DNA of 64,000 bases, taken from NCBI GenBank assembly GCA_964016885.1, contig OZ024757.1, positions 31,496,001 to 31,560,000 on the forward strand, read 5' to 3'. The stretch's first letter is position 1; every line of letters begins with the position of its first letter. The translations under genes were made by a program, and so were the position numbers. Positions 14,170 to 27,185 of this stretch are shown piece by piece. This DNA is from Eledone cirrhosa. Its lineage: Eukaryota. The notes beneath the pieces were generated by a model that saw nothing but the letters and a program-made list of their open reading frames with translations, was not told where the DNA came from and ran no database searches.

Positions 14170-14578
14170 AAGCCGACCTTACCCAACTACACCTCTCAAA
14201 GTCAATGACACACGACCGTGACTTCTGGCGTCACGCAGTAATACAGGGTACCCGACCTCCCATGGGTACATGCTGAAGCATATAAACAATATGCCCCCCC
14301 CCCCTCCACCGCAAGGTGGCCGTGGAGGTGCCACGGCAAAAAAGCACCCAGCCCACACTGTAAAGTGGACGTGTAGGCGCCACGAAAAAGCACCCAGCAC
14401 TCACTGTAAATGAGGTTGGTGTTAGGAAGGGCATCCAGCTGTAGAAATCAAGCCAGATCAGTTCCTGTATGAGCAAGGCATGGTCAGCCGACCAGACACT
14501 GCCCACAACAGGACAATCCGTCTAACCCATGCTAGCGTGGAAGAACGGACGTAAAACGGTGATGATGATGATGATGAT
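14170..14578 (+). mobile_element. RTE-derived composite retroposon (ORF C-terminal remnant + SINE-shared body + (GAT)n tail)
   Basis: Begins ADLTQLHLSKSMTHDRDFWRHAVIQGTRP (RTE end), then AAAGCACCCAG x2, GGTTGGTGTTAGGAAGGGCATCCAGCTGTAGAAA, and tail AACCCATGCTAGCGTGGAAGAACGGACGTAAAACG(GAT)n. Confidence 0.8.
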
Positions 14579-14674
14579 ACTATTGTATTTTCAGGGTAAA
14601 CACTTTGTCTCACATAATATCGAATCTAACAAAATCTTGATATTATTTTGAGAACAATACCTTAACGTCAGTAT

Positions 14675-14906
14675 GAGCGGCTGCTTACAGCCAGTTTGAG
14701 CGGCTGCTTACAGCCAGTTTGAGCGGCTGGTTACAACCAGTTTGAGCGGCTGGTTACAACCAGTTTGAGCGGCTGGTTACAACCAGTTTGAGCGGCTGGT
14801 TACAGCCAGTTTAAGCGGCTGGTTACAGCCAGTTTAAGCGGCTGGTTACAGCTAGTTTGAGCGGTTGGTTACAGCCAGTTTGAGTGGCTGCTTACAGCCA
14901 GTTTGA
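14675..14906. repeat. 23-bp minisatellite GAGCGGCTGGTTACAGCCAGTTT, about 10 copies
   Basis: Direct inspection; consensus unit holds a GGCTG/CAGCC mini-hairpin; lies inside the piggyBac MITE. Confidence 0.9.
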
Positions 14907-15027
14907 ACAGTAAGAGAATTCTGGCCGTATATGGCCAGTTTAAATGCTAAAGGGTTAAATATTTAATTTATTTTGAAAGAAACTTATCAAATATGACCCA
15001 AATCATTGCAGTTTTATTTTATTATTA

Positions 15028-15210
15028 TTGGCAGTATCGGTAGAGGGTCGGACGCCATGCTTTCTAGCGCAGTTACGTCCCTTTACAGACTGAGTTTAAA
15101 TCCCGCCGAAGTTAACTTTGCCTTTCATCCTTACGGGGGTCGATAAGATAAAGTAGCAGTAATGCACTGGGGGTAATTGCTGGCCTTGTGCCAAAAGTAG
15201 AACAATTATA
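15028..15210 (+). mobile_element. SINE family S1 copy (further copies or fragments at ~4383-4555, 15612-15750, 18030-18092, 19100-19360, 37280-37575, 46458-46510, 51766-51955)
   Basis: Same head, core and tail sequence as 21747-21936. Confidence 0.85.
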
Positions 15211-15398
15211 TATTTAAAATTTAGCCAAGTTTTGTTGAATATAGAAATGTTGTTAGTAGTGATAGAGGTTTGTGGGGTGACTGTTTGTTTGTTATTAGAC
15301 ATCTCATATTGTTACACAAAATAACCTGGGTGGGGGTGCGTGGAGGCTGAGTGGTCAAGAAAATATACACACATACTTGTGTGTATTGTATATGAGTG

Positions 15399-15441
<43 letters not shown>

Positions 15442-15539
15442 TGTATATATACATATATATGTGTTATCATCATCATCATTTTCATGATCATCATTTTCAT
15501 CATCATTTTACGTCCGCTTTTCGCTGCTTGCAAGGGTGG

Positions 15540-15582
<43 letters not shown>

Positions 15583-15857
15583 GTTTGTGTGTGCATTATA
15601 TGTATGTATATAGAGTTACGGCCCTAGCCATTCTGAGTTCAAATCCCGCCGAGGTTAACTTTGCCTTTCATCCTTACAGGGTCGATAAAATAGAGTACCA
15701 GTAATGCACCGGGTAATTGCAGGCCTTGTGCCAAACGTAGAAACAATTATATGTATGTATATATGTGGGTACGTATATATGTATGTGTGTGTGTGGGTAT
15801 GTATATATATGTAGGTATGTATGTGTGTGGGTACGTGGGTGTGGGTGTGTATGTATG

Positions 15858-15893
<36 letters not shown>

Positions 15894-16216
15894 TGCATAT
15901 ATGTATGTGTATTTATAATACAGAGAAAGACACATATGTCTAGCACAGAGAGAGAGAGAGAGGCACAGAGAGAAGAAAAAGAGGTACAGAGAGAGAAAGA
16001 GGCACAGTGAGCGAGAGAGAGGCAAAGAGAGAGAGATAGTGAGAAGTACAGAGAGAGAGAGAGAGCTATTTACATTATACTTTGACAAATATGTTATCTC
16101 GGAATAGGTTTGAAATGTCAAGGTAAACTGTTGTTTGTTATGTAATAATAATAATAATAATAAGTTTGTTTTAATTTCAACTCTGATGTTGGACTGACAG
16201 ACAATAGTTCATGGTC

Positions 16217-16222
16217 TTTATT
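16217..16222 (-). terminator. Candidate polyadenylation signal (AATAAA) for the NR1D gene
   Basis: First minus-strand AATAAA I noticed downstream of the stop (~760 nt); no transcript evidence. Confidence 0.25.
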
Positions 16223-16978
16223 GCTTGCACTATCATAGTCATTGTATTATGTCTGATGTGGCCTTGCTATCTTAGTCTACTTTATACTTGCTAAGAAAAT
16301 AAGGTTCCACTTGAACATAGTGCAAATGTCTGGTTGGTTAGGTAGCTGGCTGGTTTGTTGGTTAGCTGGCAGGCTGGCTCGCTAGCTTGTTGGTTGAATG
16401 GCTGGTTTGCTGGCTGGCTAGCAGGCTTGCCTGATGACTGGCAAGTCAGAATTTATGCAAACGCTCAGTACACTGGTACACTGGTTAACAATCAAATATA
16501 CATAATATAGAGTAGAGAAGACTCTTCATTGTGGCTCGGCACAAAGCAACCCTCTTTAGTGTTGATGCCATGATAACATACACCCAGTACACTCTGTAAA
16601 ATGGTTGACTATGAAACATAGACAATATAGTGTAGAGAAGTTTTGTTGAGTCTAGCTCAACACAAGGGAACCTCTCTTGTGCTGATGCCATAACGTGCAC
16701 CCAGTACACTCTGTAAAGTGGTTGATGATCAAATGTAGACAATATACACCATATTCCTATAGAAAAATGCTACCTATGGTTTTTGAAATAAAGTTACCCC
16801 CAAAAGGGCAAACAAAATAGAATATAGGAGAATGTTACTTCAAGAGAGGGCAAATCAAGTAGGATAATATAGAAGAGTAATGGTACCCCAAAGAGGGCAA
16901 ATAAACAAAATAGGATAATATACAAGAGTACCATTAGCCCAAAGAGGGTTAAAAAGCAAAAGAGGATAATATAGAAAG

Positions 16979-17169
16979 TTATGACTTACATATGACTAAT
17001 TTTTCCGAGTGTAATGTATTAATGGTTCTCAAATCTGTTGTTTTCATCATCAGTTGATTAAAAAATGTGGGGTCATCGGAGTGGTTGTGCTTGACAAGGG
17101 ATTCGAGGGATTTCAGCAAAATATCTTGTATTTTTTTTATTTGTTCTTCGTTTCTTAAGCCTGGACGGT
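16979..17169 (-). CDS. E75: Last coding exon of the E75/Rev-erb (NR1D) receptor (DRPGLRNEEQIKKIQDILLKSLESLVKHNHSDDPTFFNQLMMKTTDLRTINTLHSEKLVICKS*)
   Basis: Acceptor tcattttcAG|AC at 17170/17169; G from the upstream exon + AC gives GAC (Asp), restoring the DRPGL motif. DLRTINTLHSEKL matches the NR1D C-terminal signature (E75 DLRTLSTLHTEKL, Rev-erb DLRTLNNMHSEKL). TAA stop at 16981-16979. Confidence 0.92.
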
Positions 17170-17216
17170 CTGAAAATGAATGATATACTAAGGTCATGAA
17201 AAATATATACACACCC

Positions 17217-17300
<84 letters not shown>

Positions 17301-17345
17301 TGCACACACACTCGACGTAGATATTTGCACACCTCACATACACAT

Positions 17346-17706
17346 AGTGGAGGCATGTGGCCTAGTGGTAAGGGTGTGGGACTTATGATCATAATGTTGT
17401 GGGACTTATGATCATAATGTCGTGGGACTTATGATTATAATGTCGTGGGACTTATGACCATAATGTCGTGGGACTTATGACTATAATGTGGGTTTGATTC
17501 CTGCGTGTTGTGTTCTTGAGCAAAACACTTCATTTCACGTTGCTCCAGTATACACAGCTGAACATGAGTATCAGCAATAGCTGGGGGTTTAACCCTGCAA
17601 TGGACTGGCGTCCTGTCCAGGGGCGAGTCTTGTACTCTGTCACTTTGTGTCATGAAACCGGGATAAGCACCGGCTAAATGAGCCTTCTGGCTTAAAGCAG
17701 ACTTTA
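17346..17706 (+). mobile_element. tRNA-derived SINE (family S2) in the last NR1D intron, with an internal 23-bp x5 expansion
   Basis: A box TGGCCTAGTGG (17358-17368), B box GGTTTGATTCC (17491-17501), TTCTTGAGCAAAACACTT core and V-domain-like GGACTGGCGTCCTGTCCAGGGG. Confidence 0.85.
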
Positions 17707-18352
17707 GAGTTTTAGACATACACATATGCACACCCCACATGCATATACATACCCTTTCTCTCTCTATATATATATACACACCACACACACATACATATAT
17801 ACATATATTTACCTACAACTCGAGCCAATGTCTGAGTATTTAAATGTGTAACCTTACAATGTGTTTCTGGGTATTTAGTTCCTTAGGCAAGCTTTACATT
17901 GTGTACCAGGATATTTAGCACCTGAGGCAAGCTTTACATTGTGTACCTGGGTATTAAACACCATAGGTTAGCCTTACATTATGTCCCTGGGTAATAAACA
18001 CCCTAGGCTAGTTCCACAATGTGTAAAGGAGATGTAACTATGCCACAAAGCATGTTGTTTGACACTCTACCGATACTGCCAATCCACTGCCCTTAACCCT
18101 TTAGCATTTAAACTGGCCGGATCCGGCCAAAATTTTTTCCCCTCTTTCTATTCAAACCAGCCATAACTGGCCACTCATACTGATGTTAAGGTATTGTTCT
18201 CAAAATAAATAATAGCAAAATCTCATAGATTCATTATTATGTGAGATAATCAGGTCAGATAAAGCCTTTACCACAAAAATACAATAGGAAATATAGAGTA
18301 ATGTAAATACTAAAGGGTAAACTAGTAAAATAGCAAATGTGGGAATACATAC

Positions 18353-18479
18353 CATGTGAAAAAAGCACAACAGCAGAGAACAAGGCCAATTCATTTTCAC
18401 TCAAGTTAAGCTTATTAAAATGGTTAGCAAAATCAAACATGGAATCCAGGAGAAAACCACGTGTACCACAGCCATTAAT
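18353..18479 (-). CDS. E75: Penultimate coding exon of an E75/Rev-erb (NR1D) nuclear receptor, ligand-binding domain (INGCGTRGFLLDSMFDFANHFNKLNLSENELALFSAVVLFSH)
   Basis: Minus-strand acceptor tttcttccAG|ATT at 18480/18479 and donor CATG|GTATGT at 18353/18352; 127 nt (42 codons + 1). Peptide aligns by eye with E75 FLVDSTFNFAERMNSMNLTDAEIGLFCAIVLI. Orthology (E75/Rev-erb versus another NR1 paralog) needs phylogeny. Confidence 0.9.
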
Positions 18480-18499
18480 CTGGAAGAAACAAAACAATA

Positions 18500-18756
18500 T
18501 TGTAAATATGACAGTTATCATAGAATTATCAAAGAGCAATTGTCTTAGCTCTTTCTTTTAAAACATCTTATGCACGAAATTGCATTTCCAGTAGGTGGCT
18601 GACAAGGAAAATAGATACATTTGTTCGTTTTTGTAAATATGACAGTTATCATAGAATTATCAAAGAGCAATTGTCTTAGCTCTTTCTTTTAAAACATCTT
18701 ATGCACAAAATTGCATTTCCAGTAGGTGGCTGACAAGGAAAATAGATACATTTGTT
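18500..18756. repeat. 131-bp tandem duplication next to the NR1D exon acceptor
   Basis: Copies start at 18500 and 18631; near-identical. Confidence 0.9.
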
Positions 18757-21677
18757 TGTTTATATTTTGTATCCAATTTTTCCAGGTGCATTTAATCATG
18801 GCACCAGCACTGCTGCTCTAGTGTGCACTGGGTTTAATTAATACTGGTACCACCATTACCACTTCACAGAGTGCATTTATCTTATCATGGCACCAGCTCT
18901 AACACTCTACAGAGTGTACTGAGTGCATTTATCAAGGCACCAGCAGTAACACTTTACAGAGTGGACTGGGTTTATTTTATCAAAGCACCAGTTCTACCAC
19001 TTTACAGAATGGACTGGGTGCATTTTATTGTAGGACCAGTTCTACCACTTTACAGTGGACTAGGTGCATTTTATCATAGCACCAGCACTCTCACTTTACA
19101 CCCTAGTGCATTACTGGTACTTTATTTTATCGACCCTGTGAGGATGAAAAGCTAAGCTAACTTCGGCGGGGTTTGAACTCAAAACACTAAGGGACATAAC
19201 TATGCTGCAAAGCATGGTGTCTGATGCTCTACCGACACAGCCAAACCACCCTTTATAATAATTGTTTCTGATTTAGGCACAAAGCCAACAATTTTCAATA
19301 GGGGTTGATTAAATGGAACCCTCAGTATTTGACTGGTATTTTTTTATTTTATGGACCCATGCTGGCCAGTAGCTTTGTAGAAATGGTAAATATTTTGAAT
19401 GAAGGAAGTGATAGAATAATACAGGCTATAAGAATGTCTCTGCATTCCATAAGAAGAGACTAAAATGGTTGGAGTCCTGAAGGACATCTGGCTGTAAAAC
19501 ATTGCCTCATAACATCCTATCCGACCCATTCCAGTATGGAAAGGTCAAAGGTAAAAAGTATGTGTGTGTGTGTATGTATATATTTGTATATATGTATGTG
19601 TATGTAATTATGTATGTATATCTATATATATATATGTATGTATGTATATCTATATGTATGTATGTATGTATATATCTATATGTATGTATGTATGTATATA
19701 TATATATATATGTATGTATATATATATATATATATGTATGTATGTGTATGTATGTATATATATATATGTATGTATGTGTATATGTAGTCTATATATCTAT
19801 AAAATGGGAGTCAGCAGCAGACATACAGGAATTGATATACAGGAATTATAATGGTAGGGAGCTGTGGATTGCAAAATTGTGCATGCTGCTGCTGCTGCTG
19901 CTACTATTACTACTATTACTACATAACTAGAGAAGAGAATAGGGAGCAATGGCCGAGAGTGAGAGAGAAGTACAGATAGATAGAGAGAGTAATGACAAAA
20001 AGGGGTTAAATATAGAGTAGTGACAGAGAGAGGGGGGTTTAGACAGATAGATAAATAGTAATAGCAGAAAGGAGATAAATAATGGCAGAGAGAGGGAGAG
20101 GGGATATAGAGATAATGGAGTGAGAGAGGGGGTTTAGATAGATAGATAGGTATAGAGATACTAATGTTAGAAGGGGGTTAGATATAGGTATAGAGCAATG
20201 GCAAATAGAGGGGGGTTATGTAGATATATATATATATATATATAGATATAGATAGTAATAGGCAGGTGTTAGATAGAGGAATTATAATAGCAGGGAGTTA
20301 AGGATTGTAATATTGCTGATAGTACTACTACTACTACTACTACTACATAACATTGAAGAGGGGGTTATTAGGGAGTTACGGTAGAGAGGGGGATAGAATG
20401 GTATGGTAATGAGAGGGGGATAGAACGGGATAGAGTAATGAGAAAGGGATAAGTAGACTGGTGGAAATTATGGTACAGAGGGGTACTACAGATAGACAGA
20501 TAGAGAGATACAGAGATATACAGAGACAGAGATAGAGATAGAGAGACAGAGAGAGAGAGAGAGAGAGACACAGATATAGAGAGAGAGAGAGAGACAGAGA
20601 TAGACAGAGAGAGACAGAGAGATAGAGATAGAGAGAGACAGACAGAGAGAGAGAGATAGAGAGAGAGATAGAGAGACAGTGGTGGGGTGGGGGTGATATA
20701 CAGGAAGTGGGTGATTGTGAATGTGAAAGACCTAGAATGTTTATAACTGACTGTAATGGTGGGGTGGGGGTAGATAGCGAATAGGGGTCAAGTGATGAGG
20801 GATGTAGGGAAGAGTGGTGGGGGGTTAGACTAGGTTGGGGAAGGGGGGATGTTTGGTAGGGGTGGGTGGGGGATAGAATGTATATGAAGAAAATGTAAGA
20901 CAAGGAGTGTTAATAGTTGTGTGTAGGTGTTGTGTTGTGTGTGTGTGATGTGCATTGTCTATTGTGTGTGTGTGTGTTGTGTTATGTATGTTGTGTGTTG
21001 TATGTTGTTATGTATGTTGTGTGTTATGTATGTTGTGTGTTGTATGTTGTTATGTATGTTGTGTGCTGTGTATGTTGTGTGCTATGTATGTTGTGTGTTG
21101 TGTATGTTGTGTGCTTTGTGTGTTGTGTATGTTGTGTGTTATGTATGTTGTGTGTTATGTATGTTGTGTGTTGTGTTATGTATGTTGTGTTGTGTTATGT
21201 ATGTTGTGTGTTGTGTTATGTATGTTATGTTATGTATGCTGTTGTGTTATGTATGTGGTGTGGTGTGTTGTGTTATGTATGTTATGTTATGTATGTTATG
21301 CATGTTTTGTTATGCATGTTGTGTTATATATGTGTTATATATGTATGTGTTATGTATGTTATGCTGTGTTATGTATGTTATGCTGTGTTATGTATGTTAT
21401 GCTGTGTTATGTATGTTATGCTGTGTTATGTATGTTATGCTGTGTTATGTATGTTATGTCGTTATATATGTTACATGTTATGTTATATATGTTATGTATG
21501 TTGTTATGTTATGTATGTTGTTATGTTATATTGACAGGCGTTGTGACTGGCGATAGATATAGGGAAATGGTACTTTAAAGAATGGAATAGACTGTGGTGA
21601 CAGACAGACAGAGAGAGAGAGAGGGGGGAGACAGAGAGAGAGAGAGATACACAGACAAACGGAGAGAGAGAAAATAT

Positions 21678-22002
21678 ATACTGGGATGCTGAAAAGTTCT
21701 TGGTTTGGGGTATAAAAAAAAATACAGGAGGATCAGAGTTAATAATTGTTTCTACTTTAGGCACAAGGCCAGCAAATTACCCAGTGCATTACTGGTACTT
21801 TATTTTATCGACTCCGTAAGGATGAAAGGCAAAGTCAACCTCGGCGGGATTTGAACTCAGATCGTAAAGGGACGTAACTATGCTGGAAAGCATGGCGTCC
21901 GACCCTCTACCGATACTGCCAATCCACCGCCCTCGTGGATCAGAGTTAATAATGATTTTATTCAACATATTCCCCTCTAAGATTCACACACTCATAACAG
22001 TA
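21678..22002 (+). mobile_element. Mariner-like transposon end interrupted by the S1 SINE
   Basis: TACTGGGATGCTGAAAAGTTCTTGG... resumes after the TSD as TTTTATTCAACATATTCCCCTCTAAGATTCACACAC, resembling mariner TIR/subterminal sequence (from recollection). Confidence 0.55.
21747..21936 (-). mobile_element. Full-length tRNA-derived SINE (family S1) with 17-bp target-site duplication
   Basis: GGATCAGAGTTAATAAT at 21730-21746 and 21937-21953; A-box-like TGGCAGTATCGG, B-box GAGTTCAAATCC, core GCCTTTCATCCTTACGGAGTCGATAAAATAAAGTACCAG, tail GGCCTTGTGCCTAAAGTAGAAAC. Confidence 0.9.
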
Positions 22003-22372
22003 GCCCTACCTCACCTGTAAGGGTAACAGCGCTACCCTTTCGTGCGACCCCTAAAGCCAGCAACCTTTATTCTTTCACTATTTGCAGTTTTTATGCAGGA
22101 GCCCCTCACATTATTTAATGGTGACTTCAGTGGAAAGTATCTACACTTTACTTTCCTTAAAGTATGGAGTACTACGTTTAATAATAGAAGTACGACAAAC
22201 TTTTGATTACAGAGTCGAGCCCGATCGATACAGATCGAGCCTTGAGCTGATCAATCGCGAAACGCGCGTCACACCTCAATAAATGTAATGAAGATCTAAC
22301 ACTTCGTCCTTTTTATTATCATCATCATCATCATCATCATTATGTGTCTATATATATATGCATATATATATA

Positions 22373-22427
<55 letters not shown>

Positions 22428-22607
22428 AGATATATATATATATATATGGATATATATATATATATATATGGAGATATATATATATATATGGAGATATATA
22501 TATATATATGGAGATATATATATATATATATGGAGATATATATATATATATATATGGAGATATATATATATATATATATGGAGATATATATATATATATA
22601 TATATAT

Positions 22608-22641
<34 letters not shown>

Positions 22642-22859
22642 ATATATGGATATATATATATATATATATATATGGATATATATATATGGATATATGGATA
22701 TATATATATATATATATGGATATATGGATATATATATATATATGGATATATGGATATATATATATATATGGATATATAAATGGATATATATATATATATT
22801 CATTTATCAATGGCAGTGATCCAGCATAGCCTCAGCCCCTTGGCTGGAGCACGTAATAG

Positions 22860-22899
<40 letters not shown>

Positions 22900-22985
22900 T
22901 GCTCTAAGGTTTTAAGATTGTTTGCTCTAAGGTTTTAAGCTTTTACCGTTTCCATAGTGAGTGAAAACAAAAACCTTGGTCTTAA

Positions 22986-23073
<88 letters not shown>

Positions 23074-23124
23074 GTGTGTGTATATATCTATGTACGTACG
23101 TGTGGATATTTATGTATATGTGTG

Positions 23125-23177
<53 letters not shown>

Positions 23178-23252
23178 ATATATATATCTATATATCTGTG
23201 TGTGTGTATATATATATATGTATGTATATATATATGTGTATATATATGTATG

Positions 23253-23288
<36 letters not shown>

Positions 23289-23394
23289 AGTATATATCTA
23301 TATATCTATGTGTGTGTGTATATATATGTATGTATGTGTGTGTATATATATATATATATATATGTGAGTATATATCTATATATCTGTGTGTGTG

Positions 23395-23447
<53 letters not shown>

Positions 23448-25174
23448 ATATAGAGAGAAGGGGGAAAGGAGGGATAGTGGGGGTCGGGACTAAGAGTTAG
23501 GAATTTAGAAATGTAGGACAAAACAACCAACTAAAAGAAAGGGAGAGATGGGGGGGGAGTGGGAAAAGTACTTTTAACAATGGACAGTTGGGGCAGTGAG
23601 TGGTAGTGGGAGGTGGGGGAATGGTGGTGGTGGTGTTGGTAGTAGCGGTGATGTTGGTTATAGTGATGGTGGTGGTATTGGTGGTAGTGGTGGTATTGAT
23701 ATTGGTTGTAGTGGGGGTGGTAGTTGTTGGGGTGGTGTTGCTTATAGTGATGGGGGTGGTGGTGGTGTTAGTGGTGTTAGTGGTGTTAGTAGTGGTGTTG
23801 GTAATGGTGGTAGTGGTGGTAGTGGTGGTATTGATATTGGTTGTAGTGGGGGTGGTAGTTGTCGGGGTGGTGTTGCTTATCGTGATGGGGGTAGTGGTGG
23901 TGGTGGTGGTGGTGGTGGTGTTAGTGGTAGTGGTGGTGGTGTTAGTGGTAGTGGTGTTGGTAATGGTGGTGATGATGGTGGGAATAGTGGTGGTGGTGTT
24001 GGCTATAGTGATGACGGCGGTGTTGGTGGTGTTGGTAATGGTGGTGATGGTGGTGGTGGTGTTGATGATGGTGGTGATGATGATGGTGATGATGATGATG
24101 GTGTTGGTGGTGGTGGTGTTGGTACTGGTGGTGGTGTTTATAATGATGGTGGTGGTAATGGTGGTGGTGTTGGTAGTGGTGGTGGTGATGATGGTGTTGG
24201 TGTTGGTAGTGGTGATGATGGTGTTGGTGGTGGTGGTGGTAATGGTGGTGATGGTGGTGGTAGTGGTGGTGGTGGTGTTGGTAGTGGTGATGATGGTGTT
24301 GGTGGTGGTGATGATGGTGTTGGTGGTGGTGGTAGTGGTGGTGGTGGTGTTAATAGTAGTGGTGGTGGTGGTGGTGGTGGTGGTAATGGTGGTGTTAGAC
24401 AAACATGCATAATAGCTCTTAGGGAGACTACCGTTGTAAGAAAGATCACCTCATACATAACAGCATACATAACAGCAGCACACATACACAATACATAACA
24501 GCAGCACACATACACAATACATATATACATAAGAGCACTACTCACACACACACACACACAGCACCACACACGTCTATACAACATATACATACATAACAGC
24601 ACCACACATGTATACAACACAAACATAGCAGAGCACCATACTCACACATACACAACAGAGCACACACACATAAACACACAACAGCGCTACACATACACAC
24701 ACCACACACAACAGCACGACACACACGCACACCACACACACACGCACACCACACACACACGCACACCACACACACACACATCACCGCACACCACACACAC
24801 AACAGCACCACACACACACACACACAAACAGCACCACACACACACAACAGCACCACACACACACACACACAGCAACACCACACACACAAACAGCACCACA
24901 CACACAACAGCACCACACACACACACAACAGCACCACACACACACACAACAGCACCACACACACACACAACAGCACCACACACACACACACAACAGCACC
25001 ACACACACACACACAACAGCACCACACACACACACAACAGCACCACACACACACACAACAGCACCACACACAGACACACACAACAGCAGTATATCAGCAG
25101 TGGTAGCCAGAGGAGCGCCGACTGCTGCTGTTGACTGAGACAATAATTGCACCGGTAACAGGCGTACGTGTGTG

Positions 25175-25231
<57 letters not shown>

Positions 25232-25623
25232 ATGCGTACGTATGCTGCTGCTGTTGACTGAGACAATAATTGCACCGGTAACTGTGGCGTGTATGCATGT
25301 ATGTATGTATATATATATATATATATGTGCGTGTGTATATGTATATATATATATCTGTGTACGTATATATGCCTGTATGTATATATCTCTGTGTACCTAT
25401 GTATATGTATGTGTGTATATATGTGTGCGTGTGTATGTATATATATATATATATGTGTATGTGTGTGTATGTATATATATATATATATATGTGTATGTGT
25501 GCGTATATATATATATATATATATATCTGTGTACGTATATATGCCTGTATGTATATATCTCTGTGTACCTATGTATATGTATGTGTGTGTATGTATATGT
25601 ATGTGTGTGTATGTATATATATG

Positions 25624-25660
<37 letters not shown>

Positions 25661-25905
25661 ATGTATATGTATGTGTGTATGTGTGCGTATATATATATAT
25701 GTATATATATCTGTGTACGTATATATGCCTGTATGTATATATCTCTGTGTACCTATGTATATGTATGTGTGTATATATGTGTGCGTGTGTATGTATATAT
25801 ATATATGTGTGTATGTGTGCGTATATATATATATATCTGTACGTATATATGCCTGTATGTATATATCTCTGTGTACCTATGTATATGTATGTGTGTATAT
25901 GTGTG

Positions 25906-25948
<43 letters not shown>

Positions 25949-26076
25949 ATATGTATATATATATATATATATATCTGTGTACGTATATATGCCTGTATGT
26001 ATATATCTGTGTACCTATGTATATGTATGTGTATATATATGTGTGCTTGTGTATATATATGTATATGTATGTGTGC

Positions 26077-26109
<33 letters not shown>

Positions 26110-26205
26110 CCTGTGTGTCAATATGTATATGTGTATTTGTGTTTGATATGTGTATTTGTGTTTGTATACGTACAGATCTGTATATGTGTATGCGTACATA
26201 TGTAC

Positions 26206-26244
<39 letters not shown>

Positions 26245-26387
26245 TAACAGATTTTAGTCTTCAAATTTATTATTATTACTATATATATATGTGCATGTAT
26301 GTATATATATATATATATATATATACATACTACTGTACGTCTGTATACATATATGTATGTACGTGTACAGACGTACAGTAGTATGCG

Positions 26388-26448
<61 letters not shown>

Positions 26449-26524
26449 CTACTGTACGTCTGTATACATATATGTATGTACGTGTACATACTTATATTTA
26501 AGTAACAGCCGTACTAAGAGTGAG

Positions 26525-26553
26525 AAACGAAATTTCGTTTCATTTTTTCCGTT

Positions 26554-26585
<32 letters not shown>

Positions 26586-27111
26586 TCTCTATATATATGC
26601 GTACATATGTATGTGTTCTGTGTGTATATATATATACACATACACACAGAACACATACGAAATTTTGTTTCATTTTTTCCGTTTATATATATATATATAT
26701 ATATACATATATCTATATATATATATATATATATATATATGCGTACATATGTATGTGTACTGTGTGTATATATATATATATACACACACACAGAACACAT
26801 ACGAAATTTTGTTTCATTTTTTCCGTTTATATATATATATATACACACATATATCTATCTATATATATATATATATATATATGCGTACATATGTATGTGT
26901 ACTGTGTGTATATATATACACACACAGAACACATACGAAATTTTGTTTCATTTTTTCCGTTTATATATATATATACATATATCTATATATATATATATAT
27001 ATATGCGTACATATGTATGTGTACTGTGTGTATATATATACACACACAGAACACATACGAAATTTTGTTTCATTTTTTCCGTTTATATATATATATACAC
27101 ACATATATCTA

Positions 27112-27147
<36 letters not shown>

Positions 27148-27185
27148 TACATATGTATGTGTTCTGTGTGTATATATATATATAC
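26525..27185. repeat. ~130-145-bp tandem repeat, 5 units (CAGAACACATACGAAATTTTGTTTCATTTTTTCCGTT + variable TA)
   Basis: Direct inspection. Confidence 0.85.

Larger units (their letters stand above)
14129..14954. mobile_element. piggyBac-type MITE with nested retroposon and minisatellite
   Basis: TTAA at 14125-14128 and 14955-14958 flanking TIRs CCCTTTAGCATTTA / TAAATGCTAAAGGG; a lone end of the same family at ~18093-18130. Confidence 0.75.

Noticed and set aside
16427-16460. Hammerhead-like TTGC-CTGATGA...GAAT...GCAA
   Set aside because: Core GAAA is GAAT and stems II/III are poor; probably chance.
16979-16993. C-terminal prenylation (CaaX) motif in ...VICKS
   Set aside because: Cys is third from the end, not fourth.
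17346-17501. tRNA gene (also 38252-38325, 7395-7462)
   Set aside because: A/B boxes continue into SINE cores and tails; no complete cloverleaf.
22258-22285. CGAAACGCGCGTC followed by AATAAA, the 3' half of a PLE hammerhead
   Set aside because: No recognisable CTGANGA or stem I partner upstream; at most a dead remnant.
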